From a bacterium (GTDB lineage Bacteria; UBA10199; DSSB01), in assembly GCA_035281585.1 (NCBI GenBank), contig DATEDP010000055.1, positions 1 through 14,683 of the forward strand: 14,683 nt of DNA. The letters run 5' to 3'. Positions 1 through 8,239 of this stretch are shown one piece after another. The position numbers and the translations under genes were made by a program. The notes beneath the pieces were generated by a model. It was not told where the DNA came from. It searched no databases and was given only the letters and a program-made list of their open reading frames with translations. The stretch's first letter is position 1; every line of letters begins with the position of its first letter.

Positions 1-686
1 TAGTATTCGGAGAGGGCGGCCTTGGCGCTCAGCACCGCCGCCATGTAACCGCCGTCGAGCGCCGGGTCGCTGCGGGCGATGAAGGGCCGCAGCAGCCGGG
101 GTCGGCGGCCGGTGAACTTCTCCATGAAAGCGCTGTAGCGCTCCAAGATTTTTCGGCTCTTGAGCAGGGTCCCGGTGCCTTCGATGAGCGGGATGATGTC
201 GAGATGCTGAGGCTGGAGGTCCTTGGCTCCCAGGATCTTTTGCTGGAATTGGGCGGTCTGGTGGAATTTGCGCTGCAAGGTCGCCAGCTCGTCGGCGCTG
301 CTGGTCATCGGATGGATGACTTCGAAGAGCGGCGGGACCGGCAGCTTCATCTGCTTGGCCGAATAGGAGGCCGAGAGGATGCCGGTAAAGGCCCGGGCCA
401 AGCGAGCCTGGCCTTCGCGCTGGATATTGGGCACCCGAAAGGTGAGGAACTTCTCCTTCCCTAGCGGATGCTTCGCGAAGTAGTCGAAATATTTCAGGTA
501 GAGCCGGTCGACCACCGCCTCGTCGACGAACTTTCCTTCCCAGTCCCACATGTATTCCTGGCAGCCCATGTCGGAAAAGGAGCGGTAGCACTCCTCGACC
601 TCGCGCGAAGTCGAGATGAAGGGCTTGGTGTTCCAGTAGGGCTTGAAGGCGTTGTCCGGATGCTGAGTCGCCATCGTGGCCGGCAT
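1..686 (-). CDS. Archaeal-type phosphoenolpyruvate carboxylase (PpcA-like), N-terminal part. The gene continues beyond the left edge of the window. Start codon is uncertain: candidates are 674, 686 or 710.
   Basis: Minus-strand translation in the frame that has no listed complete ORF (it is open to the left edge) gives MPATMATQHPDNAF...LGCQEYMWDWEGKFVD...LTFRVPN...PLFEVIHPMTSS...FIARSDPALDGGYMAAVLSAKAALSE. This matches from memory the hallmark motifs of archaeal-type PEPC (MSTQHPDN, MWD.EGKEVD, FEVILPMTSS, FLARSDPAMNYG). The plus-strand ORFs 204..464 and 468..911 are antisense artefacts. Confidence 0.82.
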   Translation of the reverse strand, partial: MPATMATQHPDNAFKPYWNTKPFISTSREVEECYRSFSDMGCQEYMWDWEGKFVDEAVVDRLYLKYFDYFAKHPLGKEKFLTFRVPNIQREGQARLARAFTGILSASYSAKQMKLPVPPLFEVIHPMTSSADELATLQRKFHQTAQFQQKILGAKDLQPQHLDIIPLIEGTGTLLKSRKILERYSAFMEKFTGRRPRLLRPFIARSDPALDGGYMAAVLSAKAALSEY

Positions 687-748
687 CCGGCGCCTTTGGG
701 AATGGACCATGGAATCAGAATAAAGGAGGAAGCCGAAAGCACGCAGCA

Positions 749-796
749 AAAAAATGAAAAAAGCCCCTCCTTGGTCCGAGACAGGGAGGGGCTTTT
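749..796. terminator. Bidirectional rho-independent terminator between the 838 aa gene and the region upstream of the PEPC gene.
   Basis: GC-rich 8-bp stem GCCCCTCC (763-770) / GGAGGGGC (785-792) with a 14-nt loop. It is flanked by AAAAAAATGAAAAAA (749-762), which is a T-tract on the minus strand, and by TTTT (793-796) on the plus strand. It lies 23 nt downstream of the minus-strand stop at 819. Confidence 0.6.
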
Positions 797-818
797 CGCT
801 TCGCTGAAAAGGCGAACC

Positions 819-3335
819 TTATTTAGCCAGGGCCGGGTCGAAGACCTCGATGCCGCCGCCGTCGAGGCGGTAGGTCATCAAGAGCTTGGAGCTGCCGTTG
901 GTGAAGAATAGCGGCTGGTGGTGGGCCAGCGTCGTCTGCTGCTTCAAATCGACGTTGAAGCGGAAGAGCCGCAACGGCGACTTGGAGAAGAACCCGCCGC
1001 AGAAGACCTCCTTGCCCACCAGGGCGCAGCTCGCCATGGTCGAGAAGCTGTGGGCCGGGTCATCGAGGATCGAGCCCAGCGAGGCCTCGGCGGTCAAGGT
1101 CGTGCCGGCGGCGTTCAGTGGGACGATGTCGCCGGTCTTATTGACGATGTAGGCGCTGGCGCCGTCGGTGACCAGGTCGCGGATGTCGGGCGCGGCGACG
1201 GTTTGAGGGTCGACGGCGATGATATGGGTGTCGTTGCGCTCGAAGGTGATCCGGGCGACCTTAGGGCCGCCGTCGTTGATGACCGCCAGGACTTGGTACT
1301 TATTCTCCGCGAGCTTCTGCAATCCGGCAACCTTCGCGACTTTGCCGGGCACCGAGTGGAAAGAGGGCGAGGTCATCCCGGTCTGGAGCGGCAGGTGAAT
1401 GATGCTGCCGTCAGGGTCGATCGAGAAGGCGAAGAGCGAATAATTGCCGGTCGAGTCGTTGGTGCCGAAAACCAGCAGATCGTCGTTGAGGCTGAGACCG
1501 CCCTTGGGAGCCAGGCTTTGGATATTCGGCCAATCCAGGGCGTTGGGGGTGAAGGCCACCGCGACGCCGTTGGGCCGGGTCACCTCGAAGATCATCTGTT
1601 TCGCGGTGGGATTGACGTAGGCCCAGCCCAGCTTGTCGTTGCCGGCGCCGGCCGGGCTGTCGAAGCTCACCGGCATATTGGCGATGGTAAAGTCGCTCAA
1701 GTTGGGGATGAGGGTCGGATCGAAATTCTCCATGACCTTGAAGAATTCACGGGCGCTGTCGAAATCGGCCTTTTTGTAAAAGAGGTATTTGCCGCCGACC
1801 GCCGGAATCTGCATGGCCACATAGCCCTCGCGGGTCGGGGCCAGAGGCAACAAGACGGTGGTCGGGCCGGTGGCGATGTTCATTCGCGAGTCGAGCGGCT
1901 CATAGGCTTGGTTGCCATTGCTCGAATCGAGAATTTGCTTCGTGCCCAGGTCGTAATTGGCCAAAAGCCGGCCGGCGCTGCTGCCGTTGAGGAAGAGCTT
2001 GTCGCCCTGTAGCTGCATGTCGGTGAAGAGGCCGCGCGGCAGGTTGGGATCGCTGCTCTTGGAGCGTTCTTGGACCGGCAGGCTGGTCACACTGGGATCG
2101 GTATAATTGGAGAAATCCACCAGCGAGAGACCCCAGTAGCCCTTGATGGCGTAGCGGCTGGCGTCGACCGCGCCTTCCGGGAAATAGGGCAGGGAGAAAT
2201 GGGGCAGCTCGGCCAGCACATGGCTCGGCGAGAGATTGAAGGGCCCTTGCATGCCGGAGAGCTCGACGCTCTTCTTGATGGCGCCGTCGCTGAGGAAGAG
2301 GCCGCCGGCCCGGATCTCGCAGAAGGTCTTCAGCAGGAGCCAAACCTTGGTCCCGCCCCAGTTTTGGTCGGAGAATCCGTCCCAATTGGCCTTGTGAAAG
2401 GCGGTGAAGCTGGCGATCGCCCCATCGGCATAGCTGTCGAGGTCCGAGAAGAGGACCTTGTCGTAGTTGCCGATCACCGGCTTGATCTCCTGGGTCGAGC
2501 CGTCGGTCTTCAGCCAGAGCAGCCGGTCCTCGATGCTCTTGACGCTGATGAGCTGAGGAGTGCCGGTCAGCAGCGGCATGATGAATTCGAGGAGGCCGCC
2601 GAGGCTATATTCGAAGCGGGGCATGTTGCGGGTCGAGACCGCGCAGCCGTCGGTCACCGCGGCGACGTGCTGGGCCAGCTCGGGCCGGCCGTTGACCGGC
2701 GCGGCGTTATAGAGCAACTGGCCGCAAACGCCGCCGGTCGCCTCGCTGCTGGTGCGGACTACCGCGTTTCCTCCGTCGGCGGCGACGCAGAGGTCCTTGC
2801 CGCGGCTCGAGATGTCGGTCACCAAGCCGAGACTGGTGTCGGACTTTAGCAAGTTGGCCGCGCTGGCGGTGATTTCATAGTAGTCGATTCCCTTATAGCT
2901 GCCGACCGCCAGGTAGATCTTCCCGTCGCTCTCGTAAATCTCGAGCGCGGTGGTTGGGACCTTGGTTCGAACCGTGGCGGCTGGATTGCCGTTGACCGAG
3001 AGCCGGAACAATTTCGGCTCCGAGCGGACGTAGTAGGTCGTCCCATCCTTGACCAGGAGGTCTTGGTTGGCAGCCATGGTCGCGAAAGTGTTGTAGGCGA
3101 CCAAGCCGGGGTAGAGGCTTGGTCGCAGGGTCAACTTGGTCTTGGCCTTGCCCGAGGCGTCGAGGAATTCGCCGGGCTCGCAGCTCAAGGAGCCGGCGGC
3201 CAGGGTATTCTCGCCGCTCTGTCCGCTGTCGCCGGTGGTGGAACCTTCTTTTTTGCTGCAGGCGCTGAGCCCCAATCCGAGAACGAGGACGGCGCTGAGC
3301 AAGAGGGAAGAAATTTTTTGGGTATTGTTTTTCAT
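819..3335 (-). CDS. Large hypothetical lipoprotein (838 aa) with signal peptide and lipobox LSAC. Likely a surface-exposed, beta-rich protein of unknown function.
   Basis: Complete ORF. The N-terminus MKNNTQKISSLLLSAVLVLGLGLSAC|SKK is a typical lipoprotein signal. There is a GGAG Shine-Dalgarno 9-12 nt upstream of the ATG, and composition is balanced (Y/N/K/F/D). The antisense ORFs 918..2012 and 2070..2849 have R/G/L/E-rich artefact composition. I do not recognise a named family. Confidence 0.78.
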   Translation of the reverse strand: MKNNTQKISSLLLSAVLVLGLGLSACSKKEGSTTGDSGQSGENTLAAGSLSCEPGEFLDASGKAKTKLTLRPSLYPGLVAYNTFATMAANQDLLVKDGTTYYVRSEPKLFRLSVNGNPAATVRTKVPTTALEIYESDGKIYLAVGSYKGIDYYEITASAANLLKSDTSLGLVTDISSRGKDLCVAADGGNAVVRTSSEATGGVCGQLLYNAAPVNGRPELAQHVAAVTDGCAVSTRNMPRFEYSLGGLLEFIMPLLTGTPQLISVKSIEDRLLWLKTDGSTQEIKPVIGNYDKVLFSDLDSYADGAIASFTAFHKANWDGFSDQNWGGTKVWLLLKTFCEIRAGGLFLSDGAIKKSVELSGMQGPFNLSPSHVLAELPHFSLPYFPEGAVDASRYAIKGYWGLSLVDFSNYTDPSVTSLPVQERSKSSDPNLPRGLFTDMQLQGDKLFLNGSSAGRLLANYDLGTKQILDSSNGNQAYEPLDSRMNIATGPTTVLLPLAPTREGYVAMQIPAVGGKYLFYKKADFDSAREFFKVMENFDPTLIPNLSDFTIANMPVSFDSPAGAGNDKLGWAYVNPTAKQMIFEVTRPNGVAVAFTPNALDWPNIQSLAPKGGLSLNDDLLVFGTNDSTGNYSLFAFSIDPDGSIIHLPLQTGMTSPSFHSVPGKVAKVAGLQKLAENKYQVLAVINDGGPKVARITFERNDTHIIAVDPQTVAAPDIRDLVTDGASAYIVNKTGDIVPLNAAGTTLTAEASLGSILDDPAHSFSTMASCALVGKEVFCGGFFSKSPLRLFRFNVDLKQQTTLAHHQPLFFTNGSSKLLMTYRLDGGGIEVFDPALAK

Positions 3336-3353
3336 CGCCAGATCTCCGTCCGA

Positions 3354-3914
3354 TTAGTCGAGGGTGTAGCGCGGGTCTTTGAGCTTGATGTCGCCGGCTT
3401 CCGAGCTGGTGTCGGCTTTGAGCGAGGCGCCAATGTAGCTAAGGATGGGGTTCGCATCCTCGTCCCGGCTCAAGCCTTCGGTGCCGCGGACAAAAGTCAC
3501 GTTGTCGTGCGAAAGCACGCTGATCGAGGTGCTATGCACACGGCCGGCGCCGATGGCCCGGAACAGCAAGGGGAAGATGTCGGTGGAGTCGAGGCTTTCC
3601 AGCGGGACCGAGTTGGAGGTCAAAATCCGGCTGCTTTCGCTGCTGAGTGAGCTGGTGTCGCCGTCGGAGCCGATGAAGCCCAGCGCGTCGAAGAAAAAGC
3701 TTGAGCTCACGTTGGAGTCCGAAAAATCCTTGAAGCTGCCGAGATAGGTCAGGATCGCGGTGGACTCGGGCCGGTCGCCGCTGGGTTGGACGCTGTTGAC
3801 GTCGAGGTTGGCGGTGGCGGTGTAGTTGACCGATAGGTTCTGGGCCTCCGCCGTCGAGGCGAGGCTACTCGCGGCCAAGGCCAAGGCCGCGGCGAAAAGG
3901 GAAAAGATTTTCAT
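3354..3914 (-). CDS. Secreted Ser/Asp-rich hypothetical protein (186 aa), probably co-transcribed with the downstream 838 aa lipoprotein gene.
   Basis: Complete ORF. N-terminal signal peptide MKIFSLFAAALALAASSLASTAEA|QN, GAGGAG Shine-Dalgarno 7 nt upstream of the ATG, and an 18-bp gap to the next gene on the same strand. Confidence 0.72.
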   Translation of the reverse strand: MKIFSLFAAALALAASSLASTAEAQNLSVNYTATANLDVNSVQPSGDRPESTAILTYLGSFKDFSDSNVSSSFFFDALGFIGSDGDTSSLSSESSRILTSNSVPLESLDSTDIFPLLFRAIGAGRVHSTSISVLSHDNVTFVRGTEGLSRDEDANPILSYIGASLKADTSSEAGDIKLKDPRYTLD

Positions 3915-4150
3915 GGATGGGCTCCTCTGAAAAAACGTTGAAACGCGTGTTCCCCGGATTGCTCACGCCGACTGCCCCGTTTGGTCGTCGATGAGCCCGC
4001 TTGAGTTTTGAGCAAGCGTTGTGCCAGCCGAGCCAAACCACGTCCCGAGGAACTTGGCAAGGGGATGAAAGGTAAGTCTTTGTTTTGTATGGAGTAAGCG
4101 GTGGCAACTCCAAAGCTCGGCCGAAACCTTAGGCGACCTGGAAAATTATC

Positions 4151-4182
4151 AAAATGAGAAGGGGTGAAGGTATTCTCATTTT
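4151..4182 (-). terminator. 9-bp perfect inverted repeat AAAATGAGA...TCTCATTTT with a 14-nt spacer, overlapping the stop codon of the acyl-CoA dehydrogenase gene. It could be a weak terminator or a protein-binding palindrome.
   Basis: Arms at 4151-4159 and 4174-4182 are perfect reverse complements. The stop codon TGA lies at 4176-4178 on the minus strand. The stem is AT-rich and downstream T-richness on the minus strand is only moderate (GATAATTTTCC). Confidence 0.3.
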
Positions 4183-5744
4183 GAAAGAGAAGTTATTTCT
4201 TGATGGGCCAAGTCTTGAGCCAACAGGGCCACTCGCCAGGCCACCTCGCGGCAGGCTAGTTCGCCGCCGTGCCCGTCTTGTCCCCGGAGTAGGGCTTGGA
4301 AATCGGTCTCCAAAGCGGCGAGCCGATGACCGAGGTCTTCCCGCAGCGCTCCGGCTGGAAGCTTCTCCAAGCGGGCCGCCGAGCGCTTGAGGAAAATTTC
4401 GCCGGTGCCACCCTTGCGCAACACTCGCAGCAGATCGAGCGAGAGGATGTTGGCGGTACCTTCCCAGATCGCGAGGATTTGACTATCACGCAGGATCTTG
4501 GCCAGCGGGAAATCCTCGACGCAGCCGTTGCCGCCCAGGATCTCGATGCCGCGATGAGCCGCTTCGATGGCTTTCTCGGCGGTGAAGAACTTGATCACCG
4601 GGGTCATCAAGCGGAGCATGGCTTCATCCTCGGCCCCGCCTTGACCGCGCTCGACTTTGTCGAAGTGCTGGAGCACGTCGAAGGTGAGCGCCACCGCTTT
4701 TTCGGTGTCCCGCTCCATCGCCTCCAGGGTGGCCGCCACCAGCGGATATTGGACGATCGGCTTGCCGAAGGCCCGGCGGCCGGCGGCATAATGCTTGGCC
4801 TCGAGGAAGGCCCGCCGCATCAGTCCGACCGACCAGATCGCGTTGTAGATCCGCGAGAGATTGAGCATGCCGGTCATGTAGGCGAACCCCCGGCTGAGCT
4901 CGCCGACCGGATAAGCCAGGGCGCCTTGGAGCTCGATTTCGGCGGTGGCCATCTCGCAGGTGCCGAGCTTGTTCTTGACCCGGTTGACCAGGATCTTGTT
5001 GCGCTCGCCGCTTTCGAGATCGCGCGGCAGGAGGAAAAGCCCCAGCCCCTTGGTGCCTTCGGGCGCGCCCTCGGGCCGGGCCAGGACCATCGCGGTCTTG
5101 GATCCGATGTTGGAGCAGAACCACTTCTCGCCGTAGAGCCGCCATTCGCCCTTTTCCTGCTTGGCGATGCAGGTGTTGGCGCCGACGTCGGAGCCGCCCT
5201 GGACCTCGGTCAAGTACATCGCGCCGTCGTAAAACTTTTCCCAATCGAGCTCGGTCAAGCGCGGGATCCATTTCGCCTTCATCTCGGGCGAGGCGTGCTT
5301 CTTGAGGAGCTGCAAAGTCCCGTCGGTCATGCAAATCGGGCAGTAGAGGACCGAGCCGGCCTGGGAGAAGAGGTAGCCCAAGCCGAACTTGAGCAGCGGC
5401 GTGTAGGACCGATTCTCGCGGACGAAATCCGGCGAATGGCCGAGGCCGATGATGCCGAAGCTATAAGCCTTGCGGGCGATCTCCAGATAGCTCCGGTCAT
5501 AATCGATCCGGTCGACGCGCTGGCCGGCGGCGTCGTAAGGCACGTGCTCGGGCCGGCGGAGATCGGTGATCGGCACCAGCGGCGTGAGCTCGGCGGCGGC
5601 CAGCCGGCCCATTTCTTGGCAATACCGCTCGCTCCAGGCCAGCTCGGCCGGGGCCAGGTGCCGCCGCAGCACCTTCTGAAAGAAAGCATCCTCCGAATAG
5701 TAGTTGGCCGGACGGTAAATCGGGATGTTTCGGCTCTCGCTCAT
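4176..5744 (-). CDS. Acyl-CoA dehydrogenase family protein (AidB-like), 522 aa.
   Basis: Complete ORF with a GGAG Shine-Dalgarno 6 nt upstream. Motifs include YGEKWFCSN (characteristic of the AidB-like ACAD subfamily), GGSDV, and a long C-terminal helical domain. The antisense 489 aa ORF 4296..5765 is a compositional artefact. Confidence 0.85.
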   Translation of the reverse strand: MSESRNIPIYRPANYYSEDAFFQKVLRRHLAPAELAWSERYCQEMGRLAAAELTPLVPITDLRRPEHVPYDAAGQRVDRIDYDRSYLEIARKAYSFGIIGLGHSPDFVRENRSYTPLLKFGLGYLFSQAGSVLYCPICMTDGTLQLLKKHASPEMKAKWIPRLTELDWEKFYDGAMYLTEVQGGSDVGANTCIAKQEKGEWRLYGEKWFCSNIGSKTAMVLARPEGAPEGTKGLGLFLLPRDLESGERNKILVNRVKNKLGTCEMATAEIELQGALAYPVGELSRGFAYMTGMLNLSRIYNAIWSVGLMRRAFLEAKHYAAGRRAFGKPIVQYPLVAATLEAMERDTEKAVALTFDVLQHFDKVERGQGGAEDEAMLRLMTPVIKFFTAEKAIEAAHRGIEILGGNGCVEDFPLAKILRDSQILAIWEGTANILSLDLLRVLRKGGTGEIFLKRSAARLEKLPAGALREDLGHRLAALETDFQALLRGQDGHGGELACREVAWRVALLAQDLAHQEITSLSK

Positions 5745-5844
5745 GGCGTCTCCAAAATGGTTTGATTCTTGAACACTTTGACCCTAGAGTCATTTGCTAT
5801 TCTTTTCAACCCATACCGTGGGCCGGGACGTAAGGAGAAAAGCG

Positions 5845-6672
5845 ATGGCCGAAGTCATTCAACTCAAGCGGGGCGCGGGAATTCTCAAGTATATCATCCT
5901 CGGGCTGATCATCGCCTTCGTCCTGCTCAAGTCTTTCGTCGTGATTCCGGCGGGTAACGTCGGGGTTAAAATATTTTTCGGAAAAGTCGATCCGATTCCG
6001 CTGGCCGCCGGCTTCCATGTCGTGAATCCGCTGCTCAACATCGAGAAGATGAGCGTCCGGACCCAGGAGCTGACCGAGCAGGCGGTGGTGCCGAGCCGGG
6101 AAGGCCTTTCGGTCAACCTCGACGTCAGCCTGCTCTATTCGCTGATTCCGGACCGGGCGGCCGAGGTTTACCGGACCATCGGGCCGGGCTACGTCGCGGT
6201 CGTCCTCGAGCCCCAGTTCCGCTCGGTGATCCGCGGGACCACCGCCAGCTACGACGCCAAAGCCCTCTACACCTCGGAGCGCGAGCTGATCTCCGAGGAG
6301 ATGATGAAGCACCTCGAGCCCTTGCTGGCGGTCCGCGGCATCAAGGTCGAGAAGGTCCTGCTTCGGGCCATGACCCTGCCGCAAATTCTTTCGGAAGCGA
6401 TCGAGCGCAAGCTGGAGGCCGAGCAGCAGGCCGAGCAGATGAAGTTCGTCCTCGAGCGCGAGCGCCAGGAAGCCGACCGCAAGCGGGTCGAGGCCGAGGG
6501 CGTCGCCGACTTCCAGAAAAAAGTCGCCGAGGGCCTGACCGATTCCTATCTGAAGTGGAAGGGCATCGAGGCGACGCAGAAGCTTTCGGAAAGCGGCAAC
6601 AGCAAGGTCGTCATCATCGGAGCCGGTTCCAGCGGCTTGCCGGTGATCCTGGGTTCGGATGGGGCGAGATAA
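5845..6672 (+). CDS. SPFH/band-7 (prohibitin/HflC-like) membrane protein, 275 aa.
   Basis: ATG at 5845 preceded by AAGGAG (5832-5837) at 7-nt spacing. The ORF-track start at 5794 lacks an RBS and adds a non-conserved extension. Sequence shows an N-terminal TM helix (ILKYIILGLIIAFVLLKSFVVI), an SPFH core (IPAGNVGVKIFFGKV...) and a C-terminal coiled coil (LEAEQQAEQMKFVLERERQEADRKRVEAEG) ending ...NSKVVIIG, as in prohibitin-like proteins. Confidence 0.85.
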   Translation: MAEVIQLKRGAGILKYIILGLIIAFVLLKSFVVIPAGNVGVKIFFGKVDPIPLAAGFHVVNPLLNIEKMSVRTQELTEQAVVPSREGLSVNLDVSLLYSLIPDRAAEVYRTIGPGYVAVVLEPQFRSVIRGTTASYDAKALYTSERELISEEMMKHLEPLLAVRGIKVEKVLLRAMTLPQILSEAIERKLEAEQQAEQMKFVLERERQEADRKRVEAEGVADFQKKVAEGLTDSYLKWKGIEATQKLSESGNSKVVIIGAGSSGLPVILGSDGAR

Positions 6673-6688
6673 GATTTAAGGAGTTGGG

Positions 6689-7354
6689 ATGAGGAGTCAT
6701 TGGGCCAAATTCGGTTTGGTGCTCGGCATTTTAGGGATCTGCGGCGGAACTGTCCAAGCCGAGCAGCTCGTCGTCGACGGCTTGGCGGCTTCGACCCCCG
6801 GCGAATTTCCGAAGAATTGGAAGACTTATCCTTTCCACTACGGCAAGGCCGAGCGAGTCTACAAAGTCGCGGAAGAGGGCGGGCGCCGCTTCATCCGGGC
6901 CTCGGACAGCGAGGATATCTCGGTGCCGATCGCCAAGGACTTCAAATGGGACATCGCCAAATATCCTTACTTCAAGTTCCGCTGGCGGGCGCAGAAGTTG
7001 CCGGCCGGCGCCCGCGAGGATTCGCCGGCGACCAATGACAGCGCCTGCGCGGTCTACGTCGGCTTCGGCCGGACTTCGGCCTTGAAGTACGTTTGGAGCA
7101 CCTCGCTGCCACCCGGCTCCTACTGGGCGAAGAACCCCGGCAAGTTCGTCATCATTTCCAAGGAGAGCGGCGGCGGCTCGGTCGGCCAATGGAAGGAAGA
7201 GACCGTCGCGGTGAAGGAAGATTTCGAGCGCTACTTCGGTAAGCCGATGGGCGACAAGAAGCCTTCGGGCGCCGGCGTCATGACCGACGGCAATGCGGTT
7301 CACCAGCCGGCGGCTTGCGACTATGCCGATTTTCGGATTTCCTCCACGCCCTAA
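6689..7354 (+). CDS. Secreted hypothetical protein (221 aa), resembling the DUF3047 family. The family name is recalled with low certainty.
   Basis: AAGGAG Shine-Dalgarno 5 nt upstream of the ATG. Signal peptide MRSHWAKFGLVLGILGICGGTVQA|EQ, W/Y/F/K-rich mature region. It starts 17 nt after the SPFH stop and is likely co-transcribed. Confidence 0.72.
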   Translation: MRSHWAKFGLVLGILGICGGTVQAEQLVVDGLAASTPGEFPKNWKTYPFHYGKAERVYKVAEEGGRRFIRASDSEDISVPIAKDFKWDIAKYPYFKFRWRAQKLPAGAREDSPATNDSACAVYVGFGRTSALKYVWSTSLPPGSYWAKNPGKFVIISKESGGGSVGQWKEETVAVKEDFERYFGKPMGDKKPSGAGVMTDGNAVHQPAACDYADFRISSTP

Positions 7355-7462
7355 GGCGAACAAATTGTTCACAGATTGAGTTTTTCCGGGTACCGCCAAC
7401 TTTTCTAATTTACTGTTAATATTAGATTAATTGATGGCCTTGGTTTTGCTTAAGGATCTGCC

Positions 7463-8188
7463 ATGAGCAAACCCATCCGGTTTTCCATCACTGCTAACGA
7501 CACCGTCCATGTCTGGGATCGCAATGAGGACGACCGCTTTCAAGCGAAACAAGATGCAATCCTCGATCCGCAGGGGCAAGCTCTCACTTTCAAAGACGCC
7601 CGGCTGAAGAAACTTCAACGGGAATGGGAGATCAGCTCGACTCAAAACTCTTGGGGTCGGGCTGTGGATTTCTTAGCTGAAGGAAAAGCCGCGATTAACG
7701 ACCAATCCTCAGTAGTCGATGATGAAGAGGGAGGTTGCAAAGGGTGGCGACGCACGACTCGGCCGCTGAACAGAGAGATACATTCTCACTTGCGCGAACA
7801 GACAGACTTTTTCAAGCCGGTTATAAAGCTATGTGAGCAGCTGGGGCTGCAGCTAAAAGCCAAGGATGCCGAAGCCCATGTAGAGATTGCGATTCAGGAG
7901 GTTGAAGGTAGCGATGGCTGTGTAGATGGAGATATAGCAATTACCTTTGTTTATCCAATCGACAATGATCATGATCCCGACAACGGCCGTCTCTATCTAA
8001 GAGACCGCTTTGTGTTCGGCCGTTCGAAAAAGGACCAATTGATAGAGTATAGTCGCGGATTCGATTACAAGGGCGACGACAGATGGAAGGGCTGGGTGAA
8101 AGCCTATCGTGCCGAGGCCGCACCCAATTTCCAACAGGCTAAAGGCTTCATGGAACGTCTTCTTCCCGTTTTGATGAAAATGCGGTGA
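7463..8188 (+). CDS. Hypothetical protein, 241 aa, acidic, with no signal peptide or TM segment. No recognisable family.
   Basis: Complete ORF with an AAGGA Shine-Dalgarno 6 nt upstream of ATG 7463. It lies inside the low-GC islet immediately upstream of vapBC, and its stop overlaps a GTG that is in frame with vapB. No antisense ORF competes. Confidence 0.65.
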   Translation: MSKPIRFSITANDTVHVWDRNEDDRFQAKQDAILDPQGQALTFKDARLKKLQREWEISSTQNSWGRAVDFLAEGKAAINDQSSVVDDEEGGCKGWRRTTRPLNREIHSHLREQTDFFKPVIKLCEQLGLQLKAKDAEAHVEIAIQEVEGSDGCVDGDIAITFVYPIDNDHDPDNGRLYLRDRFVFGRSKKDQLIEYSRGFDYKGDDRWKGWVKAYRAEAAPNFQQAKGFMERLLPVLMKMR

Positions 8189-8221
8189 TCGCTTCGTTCC
8201 TCCTTGAAAATCTTTGCCTTT

Positions 8222-8239
8222 TGTGTAAAGCTTTACACA
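8222..8239 (+). promoter_or_regulatory. 18-bp perfect palindrome TGTGTAAAG|CTTTACACA, a putative VapB (or VapBC complex) autoregulatory operator. A TTGAAA -35-like hexamer lies at 8204-8209.
   Basis: Perfect dyad symmetry is seen directly. The last base of the palindrome is the A of the vapB ATG at 8239. There is no Shine-Dalgarno between the palindrome and the ATG, so the transcript may be leaderless. Confidence 0.5.

Noticed and set aside
204-911. Plus-strand ORFs 204..464 and 468..911 at the left edge.
   Set aside because: The minus strand in another frame encodes an unmistakable archaeal-type PEPC N-terminus that runs off the window edge, which is why it is missing from the complete-ORF track.
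918-2849. Long plus-strand ORFs 918..2012 (364 aa) and 2070..2849 (259 aa), antisense to the 838 aa lipoprotein gene.
   Set aside because: Composition dominated by R/G/L/E/A/V/D, typical of a wrong-strand reading in high-GC DNA. No RBS. The minus-strand gene has a convincing lipoprotein signal and balanced composition.
4296-5765. 489 aa plus-strand ORF antisense to the acyl-CoA dehydrogenase gene.
   Set aside because: The minus-strand product has recognisable ACAD/AidB motifs. The plus-strand product is low-complexity Arg/Gly/Leu-rich.
5794-5844. Upstream alternative start for the SPFH gene (ORF track start 5794).
   Set aside because: No RBS. The ATG at 5845 has a near-ideal AAGGAG at 7-nt spacing, and the extension MLFFSTHTVGRDVRRKA is not SPFH-like.
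5806-7399. Minus-strand ORFs 5806..6384 and 6731..7399, antisense to the SPFH and DUF3047-like genes.
   Set aside because: The plus-strand genes have strong AAGGAG RBSs plus TM or signal sequences and family motifs. The minus-strand frames are Arg/Gly/Leu-rich artefacts.
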